Below are positions 23,015-35,243 of a stretch of DNA of 64,000 bases, piece by piece. The notes beneath the pieces are model-generated. The model was not told where the DNA came from and made no database searches. It saw nothing but the letters and a program-made list of their open reading frames with translations. The translations under genes and the position numbers were made by a program. The stretch comes from Cyanophora paradoxa CCMP329 (Eukaryota; Plantae; Glaucophyta). The first letter of the stretch is position 1; every line of letters begins with the position of its first letter. The stretch is taken from positions 496,001-560,000 of the forward strand of contig QPMI01000408.1 in NCBI GenBank assembly GCA_004431415.1. The letters run 5' to 3'.

Positions 23015-25026
23015 ATGAGCTCGGCGTTCGCGCTGCCGTGCGCGTTGGCTGCAGCCAGGGATCCGATCGCTCGTCACACCGACGCCGGCTGCTCGGCTGC
23101 AGCGCGCCCCAACCGGCCACGCGCTCCAGTGCGCCCGCGAGAGGCATCCCGACTGCGCTCCACTTTCGTCGGCACGTCCGAATCGACCGTCGGATGGGCC
23201 CCCGCTCGCTCCCTGTCCGCCCGTCGCGCACTTGGTGGCGTGCAAGTGCGTGCGGACCGCGTGGAGCGTTAGCTGCAGAGCCCGGGGCCGCGCCCTGGGG
23301 CGCTCTTCGAGCATACATGCCGATCTTCGTTTCGCACGCGCGCAGGATCTTTCACAGCCCCTGCCGATCATCCGCGCGATGGTCCCCGAGTACACGAGCG
23401 AGTGCAACGTGGCCGAGCGCCTCGCGAAAGCGGTAATCGCGCCCTGCACGCCGCGCGCTTGCCTGCCTTGACGCTGGGATGCGCCCAGGCGGGCGAGGCG
23501 ATCCTCAAGGCACGCTCCGCGTTATCCGGATCCCTTCCGCCCGCTGACGGCCGCGCAGGTACAGGAGGCCGCACGCGCAGGCGCGTGGAACAAGGACGAC
23601 AGCTCTCCTGTGCGGCCCGCTCTGAGCTCCTGCGCATGCCCGCGTCGCTCGCCGCGCGCCCGAGCCGGGCCGGCCGCAGGTGACCGAAGCGGACTACGCA
23701 GCGGATAAGATCATCCGCGAGGGACTGCGCGAGGCGTACCCCGACGACACGGCGCGCTTTTATGTACCCTTTTCCACAGGCCGCGCTGACCCGCTCGCTC
23801 GCCCCGGCAGATCCTGACTGAGGAGACCTGGGACGAATCGCAGCCTCTACCCCCCAAGGGCCGCCTCTGGATCGTCGTGCGTTGTACCCCCATCCCGTCT
23901 TTCCCCGGTACGCTGCAGGCCTCCGACCGTCCACGTACCCCCAGGATCCCCTCGACGGCACGAAGGAGTTCGTCAAGGGCCGCGACGTGCGCCGTACCCC
24001 TGCCGGGCTCCCCCCCACTCACTAATCGTGTACCCCAGGACTGGGTCGTTATGATCGTGCGCGGTAGCGTCGGGAGAGTCGCCTTCTTTCCTGAGATCCC
24101 GCCAGGGTCTGGTGATCGACGGGGTACCCCGGCTGGGCGTGATCTACCACCCCCCTACGGGGGTCCTCTGGAGGGGGGCGAACCCAGTCAAGGAGCCCGG
24201 ACGCGCCGAGCGCGTGGGTGCGCCGTACCCCCCACCCGGACCCAAAACGGAACGCTCCCTGAGATTGTACCCCCCAGAGGCCGACGGGAAGATTCGTAAG
24301 CTTCCCGCCTTCAATCCCGCCACTGACCGCGAGGGCATCCGCCTTGGCGTCTCCGGCGGTGCCTTACCCCCGCCTCGTAATCGCGTACCCCGCTCTAAAA
24401 ATAGATCACGCAGCGCGGGGCCCGACCTCGATCCAGTCGTTCCTCCTCGAGTCCCTACCCCCCATCAACCCCGTCGCCCAGGAGACCATGAGCATGAAGG
24501 TACCCGTACCCTCCCATCCGGCGTACCCCCTCCCCACCCCCTCCCGCAGGTCGTCCTCGTCGCCGAGGGCCGCCTGGGTGCGCCCCGTACCCCCCCCTCC
24601 CCACCCCCCTGTACCTAGCGGGGCCGGGGCGCAGACCTGTACTTCTCCCCGGCGAACCTGGGCGTGTGGGACACGATGCCGGCCTTCGCCATCCTGCAGG
24701 CCGTGCGTACACGTACCCCCCTTCCCCCTCAGATCAGATCTGATCTGATCGGATCCCAGTCCAGGGGCGTGGCGGTGGACTACCACGGGGAGCCCCTGGC
24801 CCCCTTCGCCTCCGTGCCCGCGCGCCACGCCGTCGGCTTCCGCGTCGCCTCGGCCGGCTTCCACCGCATCCACGGGCCCCGCCTCACCCAGGTCCGGATC
24901 CCCTCCCCAGAACTCGTCCCCGCCGCCGGGCCGCCGGGCCGCCGGGCTGACTGGAGGCGGCAGCGCATGCTGGAGTGGGAGGCCGCGGCGGCGAAGGCGG
25001 CGGCGCCCCCGGCCCCCGCGTCGTAG
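23015..25026 (+). CDS. 3'(2'),5'-bisphosphate nucleotidase CysQ / inositol monophosphatase family, with transit-peptide-like N-terminus
   Basis: SP|VTEADYAAD, ILTEE, WIV|DPLDGTKEF, WDTMPAFAIL; Ser/Ala/Arg-rich leader MSSAFALP. Confidence 0.85.
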
Positions 25027-25359
25027 CGTTGGCCCTTGCCAGCAGCTGGGGCCCGCGGCCCGCGTCCGGCCCTGTCTGGCGGTTTAATTGGGCCCCCCCC
25101 ATAATTTTTTCCCAGGTCGCCGCACGAATTACTCCAGGCGGCACTCCACTACGACTGCTCCCCTCAACTTCCGCCCCCACCGTCCCAGCACCGTGCCCTA
25201 TCGGTGCCCGCTCGGTGATTGGTCTGTGCCGTTTCTTCCCCCTCTAGTATATCATATGTTATATTCTTCGACCACTATCAGCCCTCGAAATCCACCTTCG
25301 ATTCTATCGGTGACCAATCGGTGCCCTGTCCGTGCCCTGTGCGTGCCCTTAGGAGGGAA

Positions 25360-25431
25360 TCGTCCCAGCCGGATTCGAACCCGGGTCTTCGCCCCCAGAA
25401 CCGAGAATCCTAACCGATAGGCTAAAACCGC
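25360..25431 (-). pseudogene. degenerate tRNA-derived sequence (pseudo-tRNA or SINE head)
   Basis: Minus strand GCGGTTTTAGCCTATCGGTTAGGATTCTCGGTTCTGGGGGCGAAGACCCGGGTTCGAATCCGG: A-box and B-box/T-arm present, acceptor and anticodon stems do not pair. Confidence 0.6.
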
Positions 25432-26540
25432 AACCGAAATCGGAAGTTTTCAGGCGGGTATTTGAACCGCACCCCACCCACGACTGACAAGGAAGGTGGG
25501 ACGCCGGAAAAAATTCCATCCGCCCCGCGACGCAATGCGGCGCCGCAGCGAGCACTGCGAGACACGCAGCGCATGCTCAAAAACGCTACTCTAGCGCTGG
25601 AAAGGTCGAATTCAAGCTCGCAGTCACCCCGAAATTTCGGAATCGATCCGAGTCACTCGAAAATTTGATCCACAGGCATGGGCCAGCCGATTCCTGTCTG
25701 CCAACACCCGAGAGCAATGCACACAGATGCGCATTGACTAAACAAATCCTGCGCCGCCCCGAAATCCGCCTTCGAGCGCCGGCGCAGCTCGAGAAAGTAA
25801 ACTGCAGAAAAATGCGATTGTGCACTCTCCCATCGACCTTTCCGTGCGCCCACGTCGCGGCGCGCGCGCGCATCGATACAGTATGCATGTTTGATGTAAA
25901 TTAAGCGTTTCGCATGCTCCAGGCACACGCCGGACCCCGGCAACCCGGACTGCAGTCAAATTCGATCCTGGGCACACCCTTGAACCTTTTCGCACACCCG
26001 TGCCTCCACGCGCGCGAGCATCAACACGCTATGTTCGTTGGATGCTTATCTAAAATTGAGCATCCAATACGCGCGCGAGAAGCCTCCGACATCCAGTCTG
26101 AACCAGAAAATCGATCCTACACATGCCTTTCTAATTCTCGATCCGCCTGCACTGCTCCAGCTCTCAGGAATATTTCTGCATGCTCTTGTGATGTTTCAAG
26201 TTTATCTAGCGATGCATGCTTTGAATTTGAAGACGCCCGGCCTCAGCAGCTCTCACTACTACTAGGCTCACGAAAATTGCGAAACAGATGTAGATCTACT
26301 TAGATCTACCTTGATTTTTAATTGAGCTCGTGTACTGATTGAAATCAATTTCCTTCCGCTTAGATATCGCTCTGGATAACTCGAAGGACCGATGGGTGGG
26401 AAGGGATGGGGGGAGGGGGGGGGGGCCTTCCCCGCGTGAGCGGGTGTCTTGTTTTTGGAATTTGTTTCTTTGAATGAAATATATGTACATACACATGTTA
26501 AAGAGAATCGTGTACAGGGCATGCGCGCGCGCATGGGGCA

Positions 26541-27018
26541 CTAGGCGTGCGGGTGCGTCGCGGCTGCAGCCGGCGCCGGCTGCCGCGCGGCGAACATCTT
26601 CGCGATGGTGTTCGCCGCCTCGTCGATCGCGACGTCGTCGTCGTCCGGGAATTCGAAGCACTTCAAGTTGACGCTCGCGGCCACCTGCGGGCGCAGGCCC
26701 TCCAAGAGAATCTGGCGAGCGGAACGGTTTGAAGAAGATCTAGAGGCCTGGCGCCGCCCGGCGCACAGCGGACGGGTCGGCGTACGGGTACGGACCTCGA
26801 AAGGACGGATCGAGAGTGTGTAGTCGCCGAGATAAAAGCCCAGAGAGACTCTCTGGAGGGCCGGCAGGGCCAGGATCGCCTCTGCCTCCGCCTCCTCCAG
26901 CGGCCCGTTTAAAACAAGGTCCAGCCCGGCGAGGGTGCGCTTCACGCCGGCGCTCCCCAGAAACGCAGCGACGTCCTCGGGCCCTATGTCGAATGCTGTA
27001 CGCGCAAGGTGAGCGGGA

Positions 27019-27067
<49 letters not shown>

Positions 27068-28728
27068 GCGGATCCAGATCGAGGGCGGGGCGGCGCACGC
27101 CATAGATGTGCCCATAGCCTCTCGAGGCGGGGGAGCCTGGAGAGGGCCTCCGCCACAGCGCGCAGCGCCAGCGCGCCGTGGTCGGGGTCGTGGCGAAACC
27201 CGCCAAAGTCCAGAGAGAGCTCCCGCAGGCTCGCGATGTCACCGAGGGCCGGGATGGATGCGAGGGGCGTGCTGTCGCAGCGCACCTGCGCGAAGATCAG
27301 CACGGGCCGCGCCCAAGCGAGCGTGGAGGCCCGCGGCCCGGTGCACATGAATCTCACCTCGAGCGCGGCGAAAGATTCGAGGCGTCGCATGCGCCTCAGC
27401 GCGAGCGCGAGGCCTTCCGAGAAACGAACGCTGGCGAAGAAGGCGTCTGCAGATCGGCTCGGGAACGCGCCGGCCCTGCCATTGGGGTTGGGGTTGGGGT
27501 TGGGGTTGGGGTTGGGGGGGGGGGGGGGGGGGGGGGGGCGGGGGGGAAAGGGCGCGAATGAGAAACGCGCGACATCGAAAGCTGCACTGTGAGACGCACT
27601 GGTACGCGCAGCGGGAGGTGACAGTGATGGTGCGAAGAGTCCGAGACGCGGCGCCGTAGGATAACGCATCCAAGCCGTCACTCATGCTGTCTGCTTCCGT
27701 TCTGCCCAAGTCCACCAGCGCCAAGCTCTCGAGGCGAGCCAAGGGCGCAAGCTCCGCCAGGGTTGCTCGATCGGACGCGCCACCGCTCGGGCCGAGAGCG
27801 ACGGTGCGCAGGAGGGGGCAGGAGGCGGCGATGACCGCGGCGTGCCCCGGGCCCACGCCGACGTCGAGGTGGTCGAAGTAGAGGTCGAGGGAGCGCAGGG
27901 CGCCCAAAGGGGCGAGGGCCGCCCCCAGCTCTTCGGGCTGGGGCCAGGGCATCGGGGCCCAGCCCGGCAGCGGCCACCTCACGGGCTCCTTGCTGACCAG
28001 ACCGACGCTGAGGCTCTCGAGGCCGCTGCCGCTGCCGCTGGCGGCGCCCTCCGGCGGCCGCAGCGCCCGCAGCACTCCGAGAAGGTACACGCAGACGAAG
28101 TCCTCGGACATGGGGAAATAACCTTTCACGAGTTCGATGATCACCCTGCGCGGCTGCGCCGGACCAGCATGGCTGCGTGTGATGGCTGCGAGGAGCCCGC
28201 ACGTGGCCTCCGCCGCGCGCCGGTGGCTCTGCCTCGCCGCAGCTGCAGCTGCCGCTGAGACCGTTTCCCGGGCATCGTCCTCGGCATCGTCCTCGGCATC
28301 GTCGGTAGTACATACAATCGGCTCCAGCTCCGACCTGAGCGAGACGCTCGCGCCCGGGCTGAGCCGCAGCTTCCGCCGCTCGAAGATGGCCGACAGGCTG
28401 TCCTGCACGGCCGCACCGCTCTGATCGACCCGCAGCTCGAAGCTCCCCCACTGCATGTCTTGTATGACCTTTCGCCACCGTCTGCGATCCAATGCATTCT
28501 TAGCTGCGAGGGAGGACAGCGGATTCTCGAAGCGAGCGCGAGGCGCGCGGCGGCGGACCTGCACACGGCGCGCAGGGGCCAGCTTTCACGCAGCCCGAGA
28601 AGATTGAACACGTCGCTCATCAACGCGTCCGGCAGCTGTAGCGCGTGCACCACTTGCGCTGCAGCTGGCTCGGCACGGGCACGCTTCTCCGCGCGTTCAC
28701 CCGACGCGGGATCCGCGGGTCTCGGCAT
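26541..28728 (-). CDS. F-box/LRR protein
   Basis: LPDALMSDVFNLLGLRESWPLRAVCR|RWRKVI F-box; LRR segments LRSLDL, LESLAL, LRELSL. Confidence 0.8.
27027..27065. repeat. (GA)n microsatellite in an intron
   Basis: gagagaga... run. Confidence 0.9.
27482..27538. repeat. (TTGGGG)6 plus poly-G tract in an intron
   Basis: direct reading. Confidence 0.85.
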
Positions 28729-29049
28729 CGCAAACGTTGCCTAGGCTTGCGGCGATCTGCGATCCCTGGATCAGCGGCGTTGACGCGCGCGCGCGCGTGG
28801 AAGCCTGGCGCCGGTCGTCGCGCGCATCGTGCTGCGACTCACCTGCGCTGATAGCGGGTCGTGCGCGCCTCCGAGCCTGCCCGAGGCCGCCGGTGCTCGA
28901 GCTCCGCAGGCGACGAAGCTCTCGCGTTTGATTGCGGCCAATTTGCAACGAAATAACTGCAAGCAGCTTACCCGGCGGCTAGCGGCACCTTTTTGAAGCG
29001 GCCCGCGAAAAGTGGTCCACTCCTTCCCCAGCAGCACAAACAAAAAGCG

Positions 29050-29768
29050 ATGTCGCCCGCTCGGGGCCTGGCCTTGATAGGTTTTCAGGCAGTCCAGCGG
29101 AGCGCGTCCGCGCTTGCGACGCTCGAGCGCGTCATGGCGCGTCCCTCGCAAGGTATTCAGTTCAACCGTGCGTGCGATCTGTTGCTGGAGTGCCGTGGGA
29201 AGGCCGTCTGTACCGGCATCGGCAAGTCGGGGCACCTCGCCCAGAACCTGGGCGCGACGCTCTCCTCGCTGGGCACGCCCGCCTTTTTCCTGCACGCCGG
29301 CGAAGGTGCGGCTGCGCGGCGGCGCCTCCTGCCGCCGCCTGCGCCTTACGGCGGCGGCTCGACGCAGCGGCGCACGGCGACATGGGCACGCTCGCGGTGG
29401 GCGACGTGCTGCTGGCGCTGTCGAAGAGCGGCACGACGGATGAACTTCTGACGCTCCTGCCTGTCGCGCGGGAGCGCGGCGTCCCCGTCATCGCCATCAC
29501 GGGCGAGCCTGAGTCGCCGCTGGCGCGGCAGTCGACTGTCGTCCTCGACATCGGGCGTCACGACGCGTCCGACGAGCAGCCGTTCGGCGCCTCGCCGATG
29601 GCCAGCGCCGTGGCGACTATGGCCCTGGGGCACGCCCTCGCCGCCGCCGTCGCCGCCGCCCGCAACTACTCGCGGGCCGACTTCCTGCGCAACCACCCCG
29701 GCGGCACCATCGGCCGGAAGCTGAGCCAGCGCCACCATGACCACGAGCAGGAGCGGGCCGCCGCGTGA
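29050..29768 (+). CDS. kdsD: arabinose-5-phosphate isomerase, KdsD/KpsF/GutQ family, SIS domain only
   Basis: TGIGKSGHLA..LSSLGTPAFFLHAGE|AAHGDMG..LSKSGTTDE..FLRNHPGGTIGRKL; one intron; stops before the CBS domains. Confidence 0.88.
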
Positions 29769-30854
29769 AGCAGGTGCGCCCCCCGCCCCCCGCCGAGCGG
29801 CCGCGCCGGGTCGCCCCGATCGGTGCTGACCGATCCTCCCTCTCCGCAGACCGTTCCTCTCGGCAATTTATCGCTGAAGAAACTGTGTGCGCGCCCGTGC
29901 GCTCCGCCCTCCGGCTGGGGCGGCCTGGCGGGCGCCGGATGTAGAGGAGCGGCCCCAGGCCCTTGAACAGCGCCCAGCGACCCGGCAGCTGCCCAGCCGC
30001 CGACCGCCCCACGTCCGCTGCCGGATCGTCGCCCGTTGACGTCCTAATTATAATCGGAGGCAAATCCCACGCCCCCGGACCTCTTCTTCTTGATGGATGT
30101 GACCAGCCTCCCCCCCCCGTGCTCGTGTCGTCTTCGAGCGCAGTGGTTGCGTCGTATTGGTATTGATTTGAATTTTGGCCTCTTTCTCGACTTTTACTGC
30201 GCGCCATTGGCCCAGGCCCCGGGCCCGCGGGCCCTTGATCATGAGGCGTGTGCGTGGCCATGGGCAGCCTGTTGGGGGCCCGGCCCGCGGCCGGCCGCAG
30301 GCGGCCGCGGTCTGCAACTGCGGGGGGTGCCGGCCCGCGGCGCGCCGCCGCGCGCGGCCGACCTGTCCTGGCGCCTCCGATCATTAGCTCGTCGGGTAGG
30401 GGGAATTGCACTAGTTCCGCACCCTAGAACTAGCGCTAGAACTGGCCAAGTGGCCAAATCGGCTGCCCCGCATGATACGTACAATTTCTAGCACACGTCG
30501 ACGTGCGCGAGGCCCAGTCGTCGACGAAAGCTAGAAATCTCGTCCGACTAGAAAGGCACTGCGGTTTGCAACCTCAGAGCTCGAGAGCGCCGATCGCGAG
30601 CTCGAGCATATGCATGCCGGATCCGGATGAAAAAAAGAGCTCGAGGGGGGGGTCATGATCAAGGACTATGAGGGGGAACGAAGGCAAGCGGGGTACAGAA
30701 AAGAAATGGAACGCATGCGGTCCGCGCTCTAGAGTGGCGGCCGCTTGCAGCGCAGTACGGCTTTCACTTAGCTAGACCGCCGTACCGCGAGAGCAAGCCA
30801 AACGCCCGAAGGCCGGAATAGCTAGGAGTGACCAGCTCGTTTGCGCCCGGCGCT

Positions 30855-33800
30855 ATGGTGAGCCGAGGCTTGCGTCTGCATGGCGCTGTGAATGGATAGC
30901 GAGCGTGCTGACCGCCTGCCCCCAGGAGGACGGGGATAGCCGGGTGGAGGTCCTCGTTCGGGTCAGGCCTGTCCTGAAGCGCGAGGAGGGGACGCTGACG
31001 CCGGTCGAGTGCATCGATGTGAGCCGCGCTTCTTCGCCGGCGGGGCCTGCCCGCCGCCGAATCGCACCCCTCAACCCGGGGCGCCGCAGGAGCAAACTAT
31101 ACGGGTCAACCGGAGCGGAGGGCGCACGATCGAGTGTCAGTTCGACTGGATCTTCTCCCCGCACGCCTCTCAGAGCGATGTCTACGAGCGGGTCCGAGGT
31201 GCACCGGCCCGCGGCAGCGGGCCGATGAGCGTTAGCCGACGCGCCCGGCACGCAGGCGTCGTGGACAGCGTTCTCGCTGGCTACAACGGCACCATCTTCA
31301 CCTAGTGCGCCGCTGCGCCCGACTGGCGGGCCCCAGCGCGCGTAGCTAAGGCGGGTGGCCCCGCAGCGGCCAGACCGGGACGGGCAAGACGCACACGATG
31401 TCGGGGAGCCTGTTCGCGGACGGCGAGACGCGCGGCAAGAGCTTCCGGGTGCGCTCCGCGGCCGGCACTCCGCGGAGCACGCGTCCGCCGACCCGCGCCC
31501 CCGCAGAACTACGCGTACGAGGACGCCGAGGCGCGGCCCACGCACGGGCTCATCCCGCGCGCCATGGATCAAATCTTCGGCTACATCTCCGCCACGAACA
31601 AGAGCACCGACTACGTGGCCCGCGCCTCCTACATCCAGGCGCGCCCGCGCCGCCCGCTCCTCTGGCCGGCCGCGCCGTGACCGCCCCGCAGATCTACAAC
31701 GATCAAATCTACGACCTCCTGACGGGCGTTCCCGGGGCGCTTCCGCCCCCGACGCCCCGCACCGCGAACTTCGGCTCCAGCGGGCCCCTCCGCGCCTCGG
31801 GCAGCATGAACGGGGTACCCCTACCCCCGAAGCCCCCCCTGCGGTCCGCCCCCCCCTCTCCCCTCTCCCACTCCTTCCCCCTCCGTTCGCCTCACGGCTT
31901 CCCGCAGCGGGGGCAAGGGCTCGCTCCTCGAGATTAAGGAGGACGGGTTCGGGGGCGTGTACGTCTCGGGGGCGACGCAGGTGCCGGTCTCCTCGGCCGG
32001 CGACGTGATGTCCCTGTTGGCGTACGGCGCCGGCACGCGCGCCGTGCGGCACACGGAGCTCAACGCGAACAGCAGCCGGAGCCACACGATCCTGCAGCTG
32101 AGCCTCGAGCAGTCGCACCGGGGCCAGGGCGGCACGCCGGGCCCGCGCGTCCGCTCCAAGCTGAACCTGGTGGACCTCGCCGGCTCGGAGAAGTGGCGGG
32201 ACCCCGCCGCGCCCACGCAGGCGGCGCTGAAGGACCGCCTGGCGGAGATGACGGCCATCAACTCCTCCCTCTCCGCCCTCGCCAACTGCATCTACGCCCT
32301 CGCCGAGCGAGGCCCGCCGCTTCCTTCCCCCTTCCCTTCTCTTCCCTCCGCTCCCCCTCGTCTTACCGCGCGGCAGGCCGCACGCACATCCCGTACCGAG
32401 ACTCGAAGCTCACGCGGCTGCTCCAGGCCCGCCCCGCCCCCCTCCCCGCGCCTCCCGCATCGCGTCCCCTTCCCTTCTCTCCTGACTTCGTTCGCGCAGG
32501 ACTCGCTGGGCGGCAACTCGCGGACCGTCTTCATCGCGACGGTCTCCCCCTCCGAGCTCTCCGTCGACGAGGTCCGCGTACCCCCCCCCCCCTCCTCCCC
32601 CGCTTTCAAGAGAGGAGCTGACGCGCGTGCTCTTCCGCTCTGCGCAGACGGTGGCGACGCTCAAGTTCGCAGACGTGGCGCGGCGCGTGCGGGTGCGGCC
32701 CGAGCTCAACGCCGACGGGCCCCAGGGCGCCGACCCCGCCGCCGGTGCCCCCGGCCCCGCCCGGCGCCCCCCTTCCCTTCGACCTGACGCGCGCCGGTGC
32801 GCAGTGCGGGAGCTGGCTGCGCGGCTCATGGCGCAGCAGCGGCGCGTCTACGAGGAGAAGATCTCCATGCTCACCGTGCGCCCAAAACATCTCTGCACTT
32901 TAGGCTAAATTACTCTTGAGAGATTACACTCCAGCGCCGCCCGCGCCGCCTTCCTGACCGACACGGGCCCCCGCTCGGCAGAGGGTCCTGGAGGCCGCGG
33001 AGCGGCGGGCGGCGACGGAGACGGAGCTGACCGAGTCGCTGGAGCTGGAGAACGGTCTCCTGCGGGAGCAGCTGGCGGAGGCGGCGCGGGAGGCGGCGCA
33101 GCGGCGGGACGAGGCGGAGAGCCTCCAGACGAGCCTCGAGGAGGAGCGGGCCGCCAAGGCCCGCCTCACCCGCGCCCTCCACGAGGCCCTCGCCCTCCAG
33201 GAGCAGCTCCACACGGACTTCGCGCAGGGCGCCGCCGCCGCCGCCGTCGCCGCCGCCCACGCCCGGGCGCACCCACGCACGCCCTCCGCCGCCGCCACCG
33301 CCTCCACGGCCAGCCGGGCCAGCCTGGGCGGCTACGGCGCCGACGACTCCCTCGCGGAGAGCGAGGGGCCCCTCTCGCCCGGCTCGGCCCTTCCGTCGGT
33401 GCCCTCGCGCGCCTCGGGCCTCTCGCTCTCCCTCCGGACCGAGGCCCTGCCCTCCCCGCACCCGCCCCCGACCGCCTTCTCCGCCTCGGCGTCCCTGTCC
33501 TCGGCCGCCTCCTCCTCGCTCGCCCCGCCCCGCACCTCCTCTACCGTCGCATCCGACCCGCTGCCCCTTCCCTCCCCCTCCCCGCGCACCGCCCCGGGCC
33601 CCCGCGGGCCCCGCTCCCGAGGCGCGTACGACTACGACGCCGCTATCGCCCAGTGGCGCGCCTCCCTCGCGCGCGGCGACGCGGCCGCGGGGGCGCCGGC
33701 GGGCCCTCCGGGGGCACAGGCTGCCCCCTTCGAGGCTCCCCGGGGGAGCTACGACCCCGTGCCGCCCCCGCAGCCCCGCGTCTCGGTCCGGCGGCCCTCG

Positions 33801-35063
33801 GGCGGGGCCCCGCCCACCCCGCGCTGCCCGCCCTCCCGGACACGCCTCCCTCCCCCGCTCCTCCCGCCCGCCCCCGCCCTCGCCCCGCCCCGGGCCCGCC
33901 GCCCCTCCCGCGTACCACGCCCGCCGCGCGCTGGCGTACCCCCCCGCGGGGCTGCCATCGCTGGAGGAGGAGGAGCCGCCTCCGCCTCCGCCGCAGCCGC
34001 CGCGGCAGGGCCCGGGCGCGGGCTCGGGCAAGCCCCCCGCGGGCCCGCTGCGGGCGTCGGCGGGGACGCTGGCGGAGCTGAAGGAGAAAGAGGCGGAGCT
34101 GCGCAAGGCCGTGGCCCACCTGCAGCAGGCCGCCGCCAACGCCCGCCGCTCCCGCGGCCTGGGCGGCGCATCGGGGGCCGGCGTCTCCAGCTCGGGCGAC
34201 CTGCAGAAGCTGCTGGCGCGAACGCAGGCGGCCATGGCGCAGCTCGCCGCCGTCACGGGCTCCCCGGTCGCCGAGTACCCCGCCTCGCCCCGCTCCCGCT
34301 CCGCCTCCCCGCGCGCCTCCCGGGAGGCCGGGCTGCCCCCCGGCCCCCGCCCCTCCGCTCCTCCGGGGACGGCCTCGGGAGCGCCCGGCGGCTCTCCCCG
34401 CGGGCCTCGGAGCCGGCGTGGCCGCCGGCCTCCCCGCCGCCCGCGGGAGGCCCTCCAGCGCCCGCGCCTCCCACTCGGCCTCGCCCCGCCGCCCCACGCC
34501 GCCCCGCACGCCCTCGCCCCGCGCCCCGGGCGCCCCTCCCCTCCGCGCCCCGCACCGCCGGCCGCCGCGGCGCGCGGCGCGCCGGCGGCGGCGGGCGCGT
34601 GGCGGGGGCGGCGGCGGCGCCCTCGGCCGCCGCCGCGAGCTCGAAGGCGCCCGTGGGCTCCATGATCTACGTGATGGGCACCAGCCGCTCCTCCCTCGCT
34701 GCCCGCAAGGCCGCCACCTCCCCGCGGGCCCCCGCGGGCGCCCAGCCTGCCCCCGGCGCCGCCCCGTCCCCCCGCCCTATCTCCATCGCGCCCATCGCGC
34801 CCATCGCAGACGCCGCCCGACTGTACCAGCAGGCAGCGGCCGCGGCCGCGGCCGCCGCCTCCCCGCAGTACTACCCCCCGTTCCCGCCCGCGCAGCCCGC
34901 GTACCCCTCCTACCCCCCCGCGGCCACGTACCCCTACCCGTCCGCGCCCGTCGCGTACCCCCCTCCCCCGCCGGAGTCGTGGGGGTCGCAGTCGGGCGGC
35001 TTCTGGCCCCCGATCGCGGCCTCCCCGCGGGCCCCTCCCCGGCCTCCCGTTCAGGGCTGGTAG
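30855..35063 (+). CDS. N-terminal-motor kinesin with coiled coil and Pro/Ala-rich tail
   Basis: VRVRP, GYNGTIFTY|GQTGTGKTHTM, NANSSRSH, LNLVDLAGSE, HIPYRDSKLTRLLQ|DSLGGN; reading frame of the tail uncertain. Confidence 0.92.
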
Positions 35064-35243
35064 CAGCGAAAGCCTTGTTTCATTGCAAGACAAAGGAAAT
35101 GATGAATATCTCGACTACAAGCTTGAGCGTCAGAGGTGGCGCGAAGCAACTTGGCAAGCTTGAGCCTAAATGTACTAGAATAACAGGGCGAAAATGCAGG
35201 CAGAAGGTCTATCGCCGAACACTGCTATGGCGCTTCGGCGCCA

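Noticed and set aside
25360-25431. Functional tRNA gene
   Set aside because: Acceptor and anticodon stems cannot pair
32910-35093. 727-aa minus-strand ORF and similar long Arg/Gly/Pro-rich ORFs (e.g. 13226-14650, 48064-49788)
   Set aside because: Antisense shadows of GC-rich real genes where stop codons are scarce
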